This document shows positions 47,436 to 61,500 of a stretch of DNA of 64,000 bases, piece after piece. Source of the stretch: Puccinia triticina (lineage: Eukaryota); NCBI GenBank assembly GCA_026914245.1, contig CP110439.1, positions 7,812,001-7,876,000 of the forward strand. The letters are read 5' to 3'. A program made the position numbers and the translations under genes. The notes beneath the pieces were generated by a model. It was given only the letters and a program-made list of their open reading frames with translations, was not told the DNA's origin and searched no databases. Positions within the stretch are counted from its first letter, which is position 1. Every line of letters starts with the position of its first letter.

Positions 47436-50400
47436 CAGGGCATAGCACTTCGAATCGAATCGATTCGAGTATTCGTATTTGTATTTGATTTGATTTGAAT
47501 AATGTCGGGGTAGATTTTTCCTCGAATATTCAAATAAGTTCGAATATCCACTTAAAGTGCCACCCGGGGCCTTTTGGGCCCTGCAGGAGTCTTCATAGGC
47601 CCCCCGAGGGGCCCTGGGAAAGCCTTTATGCACCACCGGGGCTTCCAATATCACATATCATGATATCGATAATCCTGCACCTAGGTCCGAGTCAGAGTCA
47701 CCGACCACCGCCACTGAATCCTGCACCCTAACAACAACCGCCACCAACTAGAAACTTCAGAAACACAGAGGTCAGATTGCATTCCTTTAATCTCTACCGA
47801 ATATGGGTTGATCCTTTATTCTGAATTTTTTTACTGTTTACACCAACAGAACCATGGGAACTGCCAATTCTCGGGATTCAGATTCTCCGTGAAAAACCAA
47901 ATCAACAGAGTCTGATCCCCCATCATCAGGCGAAATTCGTGTGAATCCTCAGAGACGTAAATCAACCGGATCAAACAGTCAGAGTGTTAACCAGTCAGAG
48001 ACAGCGGTCTCTTTTTTTTTGCCTCCTGATTTGAATGGACAACGTTCCTGCTTGATTGAAAACTGCGGCAATACGCTAGTGGCCAACAAGACAACAAAGG
48101 CAAATCTTGTGAATCATATAGCTTGTAAACATCCAGGTGAATGGAAACTTGCCCTTGAGGTTGCCGAAAATCTGGAAGAACAAATTCAAACCCCACCAAG
48201 CTCTGGAACCCCGGCTGCCACCTCTAAACCCAAAGGACCTCTTCAACAGATCTTACTCAAGTCTTGGCAATCCTTGTTTGAATCTAATCTTCTCGAGTGG
48301 ATTGTTAAAGACTAGCTGCCTTACTCAAAAGTCAAAAGTCCGAAATTCCTCCAATTGATTCAAGGACTAGACCCAGGGATCACAATCATTAGTGAACACA
48401 CGGTTTCTCGGCGAATCAAGGCTCTTTATGCGGATAGCAAGCCGGCTGTATTTAGCTTCTTGCAAAACCAATCCGAGTGCTTCTCTTTCACAACCGACAT
48501 CTGGTCCTCCTCTGGTGGAACGCCGTACATCTTGCTTACATGTCATTTAATCTCCAACAATTGGAAACCCATTTCTGCAACAATTGGATTCAGAGCCTTC
48601 CGCGAAAAGCACACCGGTGCAAACATCCACGATAAAATCCTCAAGATCTTTGAGGATTTTTTTTGCCAGACCGACCTCAGCTTGACTTCAAATAAAAGAA
48701 AAGCAATTCAAATTCCTGAAGATTCTGATGACAAATCTAGTGCATCCGATAACGCCGATAAGGATAAAGATAGCCGATTAATGTCTCCCAATGATGACAG
48801 TGAAGATGTTGATCTCTCATATCTTGGGAAGCAAATCATCTCGATCACTTTGGACAACACCTCGAACAACGATAAATTCATTGAGATTGCCCTCAACAGC
48901 AAGCTTTTGATTTCTCCAGAAGGTCACATCAGATGTTTCGCCCACATCCTCAACCTTGTGGCAAACAAAGTCCTCAAAGTCATTGAGAATTCCTTGGCTA
49001 AAATTCGTGCAGTAATCTTACATATCCGACAGTCCAATCAAGTCTTCAGTAAATTTCAAGGTCTGTGCAAGGATAATGATGTAAAGCCATCAAAGCCAAT
49101 CATCAACAATGCCACACGCTGGAATTCCACCTTTGAAATGCTTGATCTAGCTCTTGTTCAAAGACCCGCCATCAACAACCTTCTCTCTTCGTACCAGAAA
49201 AATAAGCGAGCTAGTCTAAAGGGAAAACAAACGAAATCTAAATCTAAGAAGAAGGCGAGAATTGGCTCCAGCAAATCTCAAGTTATTGATGTAGTGCGAG
49301 ATGCAAACAATAGGAAAACTCGTGAGATGGTCAGTAATCTTCATTTCCAATCTTCCGATGCACCTCGCTCAGTTGCTCATGTAAATTCATAAATTTTGCT
49401 CTACATATCAGGAGCCAATCAATGACAACGATTGGAATCTATTCGAGTGGATTTGTGTGTTTTTGGAGAAGTTCCAACAGGCATCCATTGATACCCAAGG
49501 AGAATTCTACGCAACACTGACAATTGTGATCCCATGGTACATTGCACTCACCGACCACTGCAAGGAAACTATCAAGAAGTTTACGAAATCCCGGCGCCCA
49601 TCAAGATTGGTCATGATTGACGCAGCTAATGCTGCTCTTGGGAAGATTCAAGGGTATTATTCTATCCACTCCCAACACTCGATACTTGCGGTTGTTTTGG
49701 ATCCGCGGTTCAAATTCACTCTCTTCAAACAACAACCGTTTCACGCAGACGATCACGCGGACAACAATCTTGATGCAAATGCCAAGTCACAGATTACTTT
49801 TAAGGACGATGCAATGAAGGTTTTACAATCTGTTTTCCAAGATTACTCAGCAAGAATTTCAGTCAAGCATGCAAAAGAAACCTCCAACAAAACAGAATCT
49901 GAATCGGTTTCCAAGAAGACAAAAGACAAGTATCAATTCCACCCCTTACAACACTATAAGAAAGTTTCAAAGCCATCTGCAAACGACGAAATCTTGACCT
50001 ACCTACAAATGCCCGATCCACCGTTTGAGAAAGATATGATCACCTGGTGGAAGGAGAATCAGCATCTCCTGCCTACACTTTCCGCGATGGCAAAAGACTA
50101 CCTCGCCATTCCGGCAAGTTCAGCTGCAAGTGAACGCGTGTTCTCTGAGTCAGGTAATCTAGTCACAGTAAGAAGAGTGTCTCTCTCTGGTGACTCAGTT
50201 GAAGCAAACATGTGTATGAGGTCTTGGCTACGCGGTAATCTGGTTGATATGGCTTTAAAATCTATCAAAGTTGACTAGTAGTTTCCGCTTGTACTTTTTT
50301 TTAAAATCTTTGTTTCCTTTTTTTCTCAAATAGCTACCCCATTGGGTGAAAATTATACATAAAGCATGAAAAAAATATAAAATTCATTTTACTTGAATGG

Positions 50401-50605
50401 AAAAATGGACAAAAGAACTCTGAAGGGAAATGTTAATCAATCATCTGTTGTGAGAATCAACCAAAAACATCACAAATGTGTTTTTAGTGTTTTTAGTGGA
50501 TTTTGTTTGTTTTTTTGGTTGAATATCTCCGAATACTCAAATATTTGACAAATAGGTATTCAAGGGTCCCAAAAAACACGTCAAATACCACCGTGCTATG
50601 CCCTG
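47436..50605 (+). mobile_element. hAT transposon nested in an intron of the Harbinger partner ORF
   Basis: 13-bp TIR CAGGGCATAGCAC; 8-bp TSD GTTTTACC (47428-47435, 50606-50613). Confidence 0.93.
47941..50278 (+). pseudogene. hAT transposase with in-frame stop
   Basis: BED-like C..C..H..H, FTTDIWSS, ITLDNTSN, RCFAHILNL, TRWNST, dimerisation domain WWK..PTLSAMAKDYLAIPASSAASERVFS; TAG at 48313-48315; intron ~49330-49412. Confidence 0.9.
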
Positions 50606-50736
50606 GTTTTACCTTTGTCATTCATTTGGTCTGCCAAACTAACATGAAAATACATCCCAGTGGCCTTAGTGAAGATTTGAAAGTTTTGGGACAAGCTGAA
50701 TCCAATCATGGGGGAAAGAACTGCAGCGAACCCACC

Positions 50737-51277
50737 TGTCACGACCGAGTCGACTGAGAATAGTACCCCCAAACTCCTTGGAGCCCAGAACGCCAACCAT
50801 CTTGCTGAACCGGGGACCCCGTTAACTTTGCCGTCCGAAGGCAATTGTTTGACCTCCGAGCCAAACGAAGATCTGCCATTTCGACCAGCGGAGAAGCGGC
50901 AAGGATATTCTGGACAGTGAGAGGAGGATTTTCTCACGGGAACGGCTCAAGGGCGGAAAAAGAAGGAGAGAACCGATGTTGTTATTGCTCTGTGCTAGGC
51001 TAGGCTAAAATAGACTAGATACACAGGGCTGACATGTGGTTGAGACACAATGAATATGAGAAGAAAATGAATAGAAAGGAATGGAACCTGATGGAATCTC
51101 AGGAGGAGAGAAAGGTGACATAAAAGCTATCACAAACAGAGCGCGCACACAAGTGAGACATATGGAAAACTAGCAGGCAAATACAGGCAGGATCAATGTC
51201 ACTTGGCTGAGAAGACAGGATAGTATGACCAGAGAAACTACAAGTGAAGAGCGGACATAAGAAGTGATAGAGAGACA
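50737..51277. mobile_element. LTR-like insertion fragment
   Basis: Begins TGTCAC, purine-biased, interrupts the Harbinger partner ORF; no TSD found, right end uncertain. Confidence 0.35.
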
Positions 51278-52059
51278 ATCCCGGAAAATGAGGCAGAAGG
51301 AAAATGAAAACCCAACAAGCTCAGTTGAAGCACAAGCTTGAGAAAGGAGCTCTCGAATTGGAAAAAAGGAAAATGTGAGTAATCAAGACGGAAGCACGAT
51401 TGAAGATCCGAAAGGCAGAAATGGACGAGTTACGCACACATATCAGCTTCATGGAACGCCTTCAAGCTCTTGGCAAGACCCCAGAAGCTATTGAGAAATT
51501 CCTTGGGGAGCAATTCAGCCAAGGTGAAGGAAGCAGTTGCAATCAAGGGAGTCTGACAGATTCGGAGGAAGATGAGGATGATGATGAAGACAAATCATCA
51601 AAAGGTTCCACCAATGGGATATAGAATGCAAGGCCCCTTTTCTCTTGTCTGGCTATATAACTCTACTCCTCATGTTTCATTTATTCCGTCCAACAACTGC
51701 TTGAAATCCTCCAGCTTAGTTCTGCCACATCTCTTTGTTGCCTGCTTCTGTGATTGTTATCAAAAATTTTGTTGACTCCATGGCCAGACGGGATTTTATA
51801 CTACGTGAAATTTTATTGAGTCTGAAATTTGACCAAAACATGATTCTGAATTTGTACTCAGAAAGACTTGAACCCAAAAATGCCTCCAGTCCAAAAGTGT
51901 TTCTTTGGAACAATCGGATGGCCTAGTGAGATACCCAAATACATGAATTTGCCTTGAAACAAGTTGCAAATACAGCCCATGTACCCACATTTAGCTTGGC
52001 TGGCAAGGCGCTCTGCAATTCCACCTTCTGCCATCCAATCTTGCCTCAAAGAACCAGAA

Positions 52060-53459
52060 AAATGGGAAGCTTGCTCGACAAACTCAAGTTCAAGTTTAAT
52101 GTGGAAACGACTATAGCCAAGAAACAAAAAAAAAGAAAGAAATCTAAGCCTCCAAAAACAAGCAATACAACCAGCACAAGCTCAACAAGTTCAGCAGTCT
52201 CAAGAGTTGTTACTTCTGAAGTTGGTTTACTCCCAGAGGCCAAACCATCTGGGTCGGTACCTGAAGAGGCAACCACTGCCTGCCCGTCCCTTCCAAAAAC
52301 AGAATCTACACCTATCAATCTCATGAATGCAATGAAGACCAACCTCTCTAGGCATGGTATCACAATTCAAAAGCCTGATCCAGATGCATTGATCTACCCC
52401 GCCTTCCGCCATAACTTCAGCTCCCAATTACTTGAGGAACTTGACGAGGATATGAGGCCTTTGGTTGTTTCAAATCCTAATCCAAGTATTTGAATTTCTT
52501 ACTTCACTTCTGGCTTACTCTTGCTTGCATTCCTTCTTGATTTGACTCACAAGATGGTTTTCCGTCAAGCAGATGAATCATGTGTTTTCTGCGACAAGAT
52601 GTTACCCAAAAACCCCTCAAAGTTGCTTGAAGAGCTAGGAGATTACCTCAAGAGCAAGTCCCAGGTGAAGAGGAGTTTTTCTCCATGCAACCCACATGCA
52701 TTGGCGCTGCCGGTGAGACCCAAAAAGTTTTGGTTTAACAGATTAGGCCCGCTGACTTTACGCACTTGTATAGTTCCCTCTTACAGCAGATTACTGTCAA
52801 AGGAATGTTGACAAGACCACTGTCATCCCCATGGGCCTCAAAAGGGGCTGGCCTGCTCAAATAGACTTTCATGCACTTCCTCAGTCAGCGCATCACATAC
52901 TCATCTCACTACAGCTTACCATATGCTTATTTTTATCTTCTACAGTTGTATTAACATTCTTTGCGGACATCTTTGGTCTGTTTTTTCAAAGGAGATCCCA
53001 TTGTGCTACTTGGATCAAGCGCTGGAAAATTGGAAAACACTCGGCCGCACAAAGTGTCACAGTGTTTTCCACAATGCTGCAGGAGGATTTGTTGATGAGC
53101 AGCCAGGATAGTTAGTGTCATTTTTTATCATCTTTTGGTTCACACAAAGTATCTAACTGAGAGTATCTAACTGATAATTATTCTGTGGAACTTGCAGCTA
53201 TGGCCTGCAGGGATTTGAAATAATCTACCACACTCTTTTCAACATTTCCCACAGGACTCATTCTGGTACAACTACTTTGTTGGCAGCGCCTCTCTCTATT
53301 GAATATGTATTGCAAAAGGTTTTGGTACCAGAAACTGCTTGCGGCTTGATTGCCGAAGACATGGGCAAGCACATAAATGATCCGGACGTTCAGCAAACCT
53401 TAGAAGAAAGTCGCAATTATGGTGCAGCTATGTTTCCCAATGAGGATATATACAAGTAG
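52060..53459 (+). pseudogene. RTC4-like domain gene (multi-exon, degenerate) inside the Harbinger
   Basis: CVFCDKMLP, GLKRGWPAQIDF, QPGY.GLQGFEII, VLVPETACGLIAEDM..LEESRNYGAAMFP resemble the RTC4 C-terminal domain. Confidence 0.65.
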
Positions 53460-53491
53460 GAATATGAAATCTTTGTAATTAGGATCTCCAT

Positions 53492-54860
53492 TTAGAAGTG
53501 ATATGATCCGCCACTCTCTCGGAAAGCCAGCGCCTGAGCAAGAACTTCATTTTGCCTCTTGTTTCCCGTGGGGTTAACTGTCTTGTTACCATGTGAGTTG
53601 CCGGTGGGATCATCAGGCTTGGCTTCTGGGGTGAAGTCATCAAATTTGAAATCTGAGCCTTGATTGAGATAGTTGTGTAATACTACACATGCCTGAGAAA
53701 AGATCAGCGCTAATTGAGTGCCAAGTAAAGACAAAATGTCAGATGATGCTTACCATGATCCACGCGTTCACACGGATCATGTCCTGTTTGCATGATACCC
53801 GCAAACGCAACCCTTTTAAGCTTTGGAACCTGTTCTTCAGGAGTCCAATACAGTTCTCTATCCCAACCCTGACCGCCAAAAGGTGGCGATTGAAATTGTG
53901 TTGTTGGTGATCCGTCAGAGGCTGGTTCCTGTGCCTTTTGAAAGCCGGAACAACATTTGTTGTGGGGACAAAGGCCGAGTCGGCCAAGAGATACTCATCA
54001 TTGGAGAAAGATTTACTTGGTGATTTGTTGAGTCCACAGTTGGACATCAGTCTTTTGTCATGCAAGCAACCAGGCCAACCGGTATAGACATAAGTTATAT
54101 TTTTTTGTTCATCACAAACAAGAAGTGTGACAACTCCGTAAAATCCTTTCTGCGAGTAGTAATCAGGACCGTCCATCTCTGGGCAGTTCTGTAGAATCAC
54201 CAGAGTTCCATCAATCAGGCGAACACAGCCTTTGAATCCCACATCTTCAAAGGCATTGGAGATTTCTGGACTCACAGAATGGTTAGGCCATGATAAGAGT
54301 TTGGATTGGAGATCGAGGATGGCCATGATAGATCTTTTGGTGTAGAGCTCAATGGTTCCTTCACCTATTCGGAAGAATGTAGCAATTGTTGCAACCAAAG
54401 TTGAATTTCCAAAGTGGCCTAATCAATACAAAGTTACCATCATTTGTTCCAGTACCGGGCGCTGAGGACAGTTGGATGAGTTTTGAAACACAGTGTTGTT
54501 CTGCACTTTATTGCAGAGCATCATGAAAGATGATCGGGACATTCAGAAGAAGTGCTGGAATCTCTTGCCTTTGAGCCTGTTCAAGAGAAAGTCGCTAATG
54601 ACTGGTGCTTTCTCGATTGGCTGACAAATTCCAAGGTAGTGGTGGAGTTGGATTGCCACAAGAGCACTGATTTTGACCTCCACGGAGGCCATGTTGAGCT
54701 CTTGTTCTTCCCATTTGTCATCTTCCCAGTCAGAATTATCGTCTGATGATGACAGATCGTCTTTGGCAAGGAGGGTCTCCACGGCCAATGCAAGGAAATC
54801 ATTCTTTATCAAATCTTCAAGGCTTTTTATTAGCAGCCTCCGGTGTGATGTGCGCACCAT
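53492..54860 (-). pseudogene. PIF/Harbinger DDE_Tnp_4 (HARBI1-like) transposase, disrupted
   Basis: FRIGEGT, IDGT, GWPGCLHD, YLLADSAF, RVGIENCIGLLKNRFQSL, ACVVLHN; breaks near 54400-54545. Confidence 0.88.
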
Positions 54861-55399
54861 CTTGTCTTTTCTTTTCTACTGGTGTCGAAAATAGGCAATA
54901 GAACTTCAGTATGTTTTGCCGCAATGGCACTAATGCTTTCTTGTCTTACATACTTTCTTCTTTGGCTGCAGCCAATCTACTCCAGTCTCCTTTTCTGCCA
55001 AGCAAGACAAAAGATTTCAGATGTGTTGAGAGTTTCAAGTCCCAATTATTCCGGTACACCCCCTAGCATGCTGCAGATCCCGCATTGTGACTTTTTTTCT
55101 CCTTGCTTCCTCAAGTGCGAGCAGGGCTCAAGTGCAAGCAGGGAAATTTCCTTTTGGAGCACTTTGCAAGTAAATAGGTTGCCGGAACAACTGCAAAGCA
55201 CGGACTAAAAAACAGACAAGAAGAAACATAGACAAGTAAGGTTCAATTATTCTGTGGGGCAAATGGGCCGGTGACCAAGGGCACATCGGAATCCATTGCT
55301 GCTGCCATGATGCGGTGGAGGCGAGTGTAGTGCAAGCAAACCATGCACACATAAGCTGTAAGATCAATCATCATGCCAATTATTTACTGTCTATTTCAA

Positions 55400-55810
55400 A
55401 TAGGCATCCGCGCCTTACCTTTGACTTTGGTCTGCATTTGATCAGGTAAAACCTCTTGGATATATTGACTGGGATTCCGTCGGATGTTGCGCGCTGACTT
55501 ATATGTTAGCTCAAGTAATGAGATCTTGAGAGATATGTCTGTGGTATAGAAAAAAAAAACTATTAAAAATGATGCATAAATATGGGTGGATAGAACTGTG
55601 TAGCTTACTGTGTGCAGTTTGATGGGTTACACCTTTATTGTTCATCTTGGCCGATATCTCAGCACAAAGCAATGCCTTTGACTGCGCGGTCCGCCAGCGG
55701 TCGTAATTGTTATCGGCCTCGAGCCAGTCCAGCAACACAGATGTGTCTGTTGGGAGACCAGAGTCCCCATTGTGGTCCCAAGGAGTGACACAAATTTGCA
55801 TCAGCTGTAG
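55400..55810 (-). pseudogene. Second Myb/SANT-like Harbinger partner ORF fragment
   Basis: PWDHNG..SVLLDWLEADNNYDRWR..KALLCAEI, homologous to the motif at ~47120. Confidence 0.55.
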
Positions 55811-56756
55811 AGGTCTGTGGGGAACGGTTGTGGAGTGCAGTGAGGGGGACAGGCAGTGCAGCAAGGTTGCACAAGGTGGTGCAAAATTTTGGGCCTCAAT
55901 GGCACTTTGGGACCCCGGCCACAACAGGATTTTACTCAGATAAACCCACTCCCATTTCCTGGGAGTGATTCCTGGGTCCCATTTCCTGGACTTGACCCAA
56001 TGGGGGGACTCAAACTCCAGGTCCCAGGAGTGGCGGGGGGAAATTTTCCTGGAAAGTCCGAGCTTGACGACTTCCTGGAGGTGGTTTGAAACCCCCTATT
56101 ACACAATACATCAAGTATTGTTCCAGGTCATTTCAGGATATTTTGTTGCAGACATGAACCTTGCCTTCAAACCAGGATCTAAGTGAGATCCAACCAAATC
56201 AATGCCTGAGTTAAGAGATGGCACTTGCGCGCAAGTGCTGAGGAAACTCCCATGGTGAGAGCCCTAGAGAGCAGATAGCTTTCCCTCACAAGGCTGTCCC
56301 GGCCGTGGGCAATCCAGCCACGCTTCCCTGTCCCCGTCGGCCGCAGCAAGGGGATCACAGAAAAGCAGACGGGATGGAAGTACACATTACATACATTGGA
56401 GAACGGGCGCGTCCGTGATTACATACTATATACACATACAAAGGGAGCGCCCGACGAACACGAGTACATTTTTAAAACAACAAAGAGAAGAAGCAAACCG
56501 ATGTGTTGGGTAGGTGTACATGAGGACTACATAGGGAGAGGCCGAGACTCCGCCTCCAAAGATCTAGCCGGAAAAAGCAGAGCAAACGGAACAAGACAAG
56601 GGGGCGGGGAGGAAGAGGAGGGGGATGGAGGGGGGCGCGAAGAGCCGGGCGACCCGACGACTTCCGGCCGCCGAGCGCGCGCCGCGCGTCCGCCAACACA
56701 GCGCCACAGAGAGAGAGAGAGCAGGGCCGACCGAGCCGAAAGGGATGAGAGGGGGA

Positions 56757-58520
56757 TCAGAACTGGTCGAAGGAGGCCGACAGGTCGGCGGCGGCAGCGG
56801 GGTCGGGGTCGGACTTCGACTGCTGGGAGAGGATGTCCCAGGAGGCCTCGGAGGCGTCGGAGGCGGAGGAGCGGTGTTCGTCGGGGGGCGTCGGGGCGGA
56901 GCTCTTCGTCGTTGACACCTCGCCCGCCCGCTCGACATCTTCATCGTCCGCGGGGAGGGCTTTCTGCTTGCCCTTGGCCGCCGGCGGCCGGCGAGTGCCA
57001 GGGACGGGGTCGGCGGTGGGCCCGATAGTGGTGTCGCTCCTCTGGCCCAGCAGGGCGTGCGGGCCGGCCTCAGGCCGAGCCGTTGTGTCCTCCGAAGGGC
57101 CATCCGCAGCGGAGGATGTGGAGGGGGTGGGGTGGTGGGGGACGAGGGTGAGGGCGCTGGACGGGGGATGGGCGCAGTCGAAGAAGGCGGCACCGGACGA
57201 GGAGCCGCTCGTCGGGAGCGTGTCCGGCTGACGGTCGGGGTCGTCGGAGCCCGACGAGTGGGCGGACATGAGGAGGAGGCTGGAGGCGTTGGCCTCCGAG
57301 CCCTCACTGGTGCCCTCCCCGCTCGCCCGCGCTGCATGTGGAGACCCCGTCTGGCCCTTCGGAGACGGCCTCGAGATCGTGTGGGGCTGCGGCTCTGTCG
57401 GACAGAAAACCCGTCCCGGGTCAGCGCCGTCATTCACCATACATCGGGTCAAGAAAACAGGACTTACGGGGGGCCTGGGGTGCGGGCCGTGGCTTGATCA
57501 ACGAGCGAGCGTAGTCGAGGTCGCGGTAGATGCACTCGACAGCCTTTCCAGCGCCGTCCTCGTTGCGGATAAGCTGGCCGACGATCCGAGCGCGGGAGAT
57601 CTGGGTGGGGTCGGAGGTGGCGAGGGTGAGGGCGGAGGCGAGGGTCTTGACGGAGAGCTTGCGGAGGCCAGCGCCGATGCCGAGGCTCTCGACCCGCTCG
57701 GCCCAGAAGAACTGGTCGCCGAAGAACGGCTTGATGATCGTCGGGATCCCCGCCCGCAGACTCGCACCCGTCGTCCCTGAGCCGCCGTGGTGACATACCG
57801 CATCGATCCGCGGGAACAGCCAGTCGTGCGGAATCGCCGCGATCTGGTATACCATCGAGAGGTCTTCCTCTTCCGCCATTCCCTCCTCTTCAGAGGTGTT
57901 CGCCCGCTTCCCCTTCTTTCCTGCTGTCCCACTCGAGAGCCGCTCCGACCATCCTTTGGACACTATCGCATACACGCCCGCCGTTTTCACCGACTCGATG
58001 ATCACCTTGGTCGTCGCCTCTGGATCAGGAACAACAATCTACAATTTTTTCCCTTATTAGAAATATTCTCTCTCTTTTTTTTTTTGAAGAGATAGATACA
58101 CTTACCGATCCGAATCCGATGTAAACCACTTTCTTGTTCTGGCTGTGAGCGCGGTCCAAGAAGGCGAGCAAGTCAGGCGGGGCGTCCCAGGAAGATTTCT
58201 GGGAAGAAGATTGCGTGATGGTAGGCTCGGAAGTGGGGGAGTCGACCTGGACGGGCGGAGGTTGTTGTTGAGAGAGCTTGTTGGGGTCGTGTTCGTCGAT
58301 GAACCAGTACCCGGTGACGTGGATCCATTCGTACCAATCCAAGGGCGCAGGGACGATGCTCGGACTGAAGTTGTAGAGGAACGGGACCTTGTGGACTTCC
58401 AGCTTCTCGTAGGTCGTCGACCGGAGGCCGAGCTTCTCCTTCCTCCATTTATTCACCTGCCCCGACATCGCTTTCCAAAACACTTGATCAAACACCGTGT
58501 ATCTATTGCCCAAAAAAAAA

Positions 58521-58562
<42 letters not shown>

Positions 58563-61500
58563 AGTTAGCATTTCTCTTCCGGCAAACGATTCTGGAGAGT
58601 GGCATACGTCATGTAGTTGTATCCGCTTCCCATCTTCCTGTCAGGCACGGCAAAGGCATGCGGGTATTCCTTGGTGCGGGTCCAGGGCATAGTGAAAGCT
58701 CTGAAGTAGGGGATCTGGAGTGCCTCGGCGATATGGATGCCGGCCATGGTGGAGGGGGACTCGATGAGGAGGTCGGTTCCCTGACAGGCGTCGAAGGAGG
58801 AGACGAGGAGCTCGTCGAGCCAGCCGCGGAACTTGGAGAAGGCCTCCTTGAGGAAGCCGAGCGTGAACATGCCGTTGTCGACACAGATCTTCATCAGCTC
58901 GGCCGGGTCGCCCCCGATCTCCACATACTCGATCCCATAGCCCTCCACCCATGTCCGGTACTCTCCGTGCGAGGCGATCCGACAGGTGTGGCCGTCTCGC
59001 TGCAGCTTCTGGCACAGTGCTATGTACGGCTGCACGTCCCCCCGTGAGCCGATGGTCAGACAAGTGATGTGCAGCTTGGATTGGGGCTTGAACGTCAGAA
59101 ACGACGAGCTGGATGACTGGAACATGATCGGCAAGGATGCGCCATCGTCTTCGTCTTCTTCTTCCTCTCGGTCATCAGCTGGCCCATCTTGATCGGTCTT
59201 CTTCTGCTGCTGCTGTTGCTGCTTGTGGGCTTCGACCATCCGGAGGATCTCGTCGTGGACGGCTTTGATCTGCTCGGGGTTGGCGAATTCGAAGCAGACT
59301 TCTTCCTGGCCGACCAAGGCGTCAGTTGGCTGGGTAGTCAGAAAAAGCTTGAGAGCGTCGGAGCGGACGGCGGTGAGGGCCTCGATGGGCAAGATCATCT
59401 TGATCGGCGCAATGCTCATCACCTTCTGCCCCTTGAAACACACACAGCTCTTGCGGGCCGTCTTTTGCTTGGACGATGGGGCTGGGGGGACCGGACTGGC
59501 GAGATAAACCTGGCCGTACATCGACGAGCCGCTCCGGACAAGATTGCACTTGGTCTTGAGTAACAGACGGATCAAGCCTTCGGGATTAGCCGAATTGGAG
59601 GAGACCACGCCCGGGGTGAGGAAGTTGAACTCGCTCTGGAACTTGAATTGGTCTCGCTGTGTCAGTTGGGCTTCACCGGTGCCCTCCTCATCCGACAGCT
59701 TATCAACGCTTTGCGATTGGGTGGGAGGATCCTTCTTGGTGGCCGAAGTAGACGCGGACGCGTCTTGTGCAGAGGCCATGAGGCCCTTGGCCGAGTTGAT
59801 CACGTCCTTGGCAGGCTTGATCGGGTTCAGCGTCACGGGTACGTTCTTGAGCCAGCCGGGGAGCAAGGCCCAGGACTTGTTGTTGTTGTGGTGGTGGTGG
59901 TGGTCGGCTGAGGTGGATTCATGGGGAGTCGGGAGGGGCGAGTTGGAGATAGAGTCTGGAGGGGTTGAGTCTGATTTGTCTCGGGGGTTGTAAGTAGAGT
60001 ACTGCGAACGACGATCCTTGGGAGGGTAGGTATGGGATTGGGCCAGGGGATTCTTGGTGGTGGCCGAACGAGACGGCCTGGTTGGTTTGGGGGGATCGGA
60101 GGGGGGGTTCTCGGGTGGGAGTTGCTCCTGGTGATGATGAGTGTTTGGAGGGGACGAGGGAGTGGCAGACAAGGGCGAGCGGGAGACTGAGTCCGGGGTG
60201 GTTGAGCGGAGAGGGGAATCGGTGGGACGGGGGGCGGGGGAGTGTACCTTGACGGTGTTGTTGGTTGCCGGTCGGATGGGACTGCCGACGAACTTGATGC
60301 TTGTGCTGGCGATCTTGGTGATCTTGTCGGTGAACTTGGTCTTGCGTTCTTCTGAGTAGTAATCGGATGGTGATGAGGCCATGAGTTGGCTTCCCGAGCG
60401 AGAGAGCGGAGTGGGGGCTGAGCTCGCAAAGTAATCTTCGCCGGGCTTGGGGAGCGGGGTGCTGGGGAGTCTGAAGCGAGTGGAGTCTCTGATTGGACTG
60501 AGAGAGTGTGGTGATCGAAAGGGGTTATCGGTCGAGGAAGAAGAACGTGGTGAGTCGTGGGTGGCGGCTGGAGGAGGATCTGGTGGTGAAGAAGAAGAAG
60601 AAGAAGAAGAAGAAGAAGGTGGTGGTGATGAGGAGGAGGAGGATGAAGCCTGGACGCGCTCGAGTGCAGCCTTGAGTTGTTCGTAGGGGGTTTGGGAGTC
60701 TTGTAGGAAGCCGAAGAAGTAGTCGACGAGTGAGCTGTCGCCGATTTCTTCTTGGATGGCTTGGCTGTTTGGGGCGAAGGGTATGGCGGGGGCGTTCTCC
60801 TTGATCTTGATGCATACGGTCTGGGCAAACTGGATCGAGTCGCACTTCTGGATGTTCTCGATGGCGCTGAGGGGGATGGCGATCTTGACGTTCTGGCCGT
60901 CGTGTTGGCATGCGAAGATGGTCTGCTGGAGCAGCTTGAGCCAGTCGTCTCTGGACTGCTGGGTATCGCTGGAGAAGGTGTAGACTTTCCCGGAGACGAA
61001 GAGCTTGAACTGGTTGGGGTTTTTGGAGTTGGGGTTGGGTAGTTCGAGCTTGGTGCAGAAGTGCAGGTCGATCTGGCCGGTGGGGAAGAAGAGCTCGTGG
61101 CTGGATGGGTACCATGAGAGGATGGTGTTCTTGAGGATGAACCAGCTCTTCTTGGATGCCTGGCGCTGGTCGAGCTTGCTGCGGGAGTGGTGGCGGGTGA
61201 GGATGCCCGCTTTGAGGGCTGATTCGGGGTCGTCGTCTGCCTCGCGCTCGTTGGACCTGAGGAAGGCGTAGAAGCAGAGGTGGGCTGAGGTGAGGTAGAG
61301 GTAGCCCTTGAGGAGGAGCGAGCGGAAGAGCCATGCGGGGTATTCGGCGAGCAGTTCCTCGTCGGGGGGCAGCTGGAAGATCTGCTGGAGCTTCCTGGAG
61401 AGGATCAGCGAGCGTTTGGGGTGGTTCATGCTGGATACAGGGAGTGGTTCGGGCAGACTGGCGGAGAGTTGCTTGTGGGGGGTATGGTTATATGGTGATT

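Larger units (their letters stand above)
47000..51624 (+). pseudogene. Harbinger partner ORF (Myb/SANT-like) relic, split by hAT and an LTR-like insert
   Basis: WDKDG..SIWIVLDWLAVNGNFKRWR..KSALANKI..KGVQTKIQELQ with stops; C-terminal coiled coil at ~51300-51624. Confidence 0.6.
46776..56097. mobile_element. PIF/Harbinger DNA transposon (9.3 kb including nested insertions)
   Basis: ~55-bp TIR AGGGGGTTTCAAACCACCTCCAGGAAGTCGTC..; ATT on both flanks; encloses DDE transposase and Myb-like partner ORFs. Confidence 0.87.
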
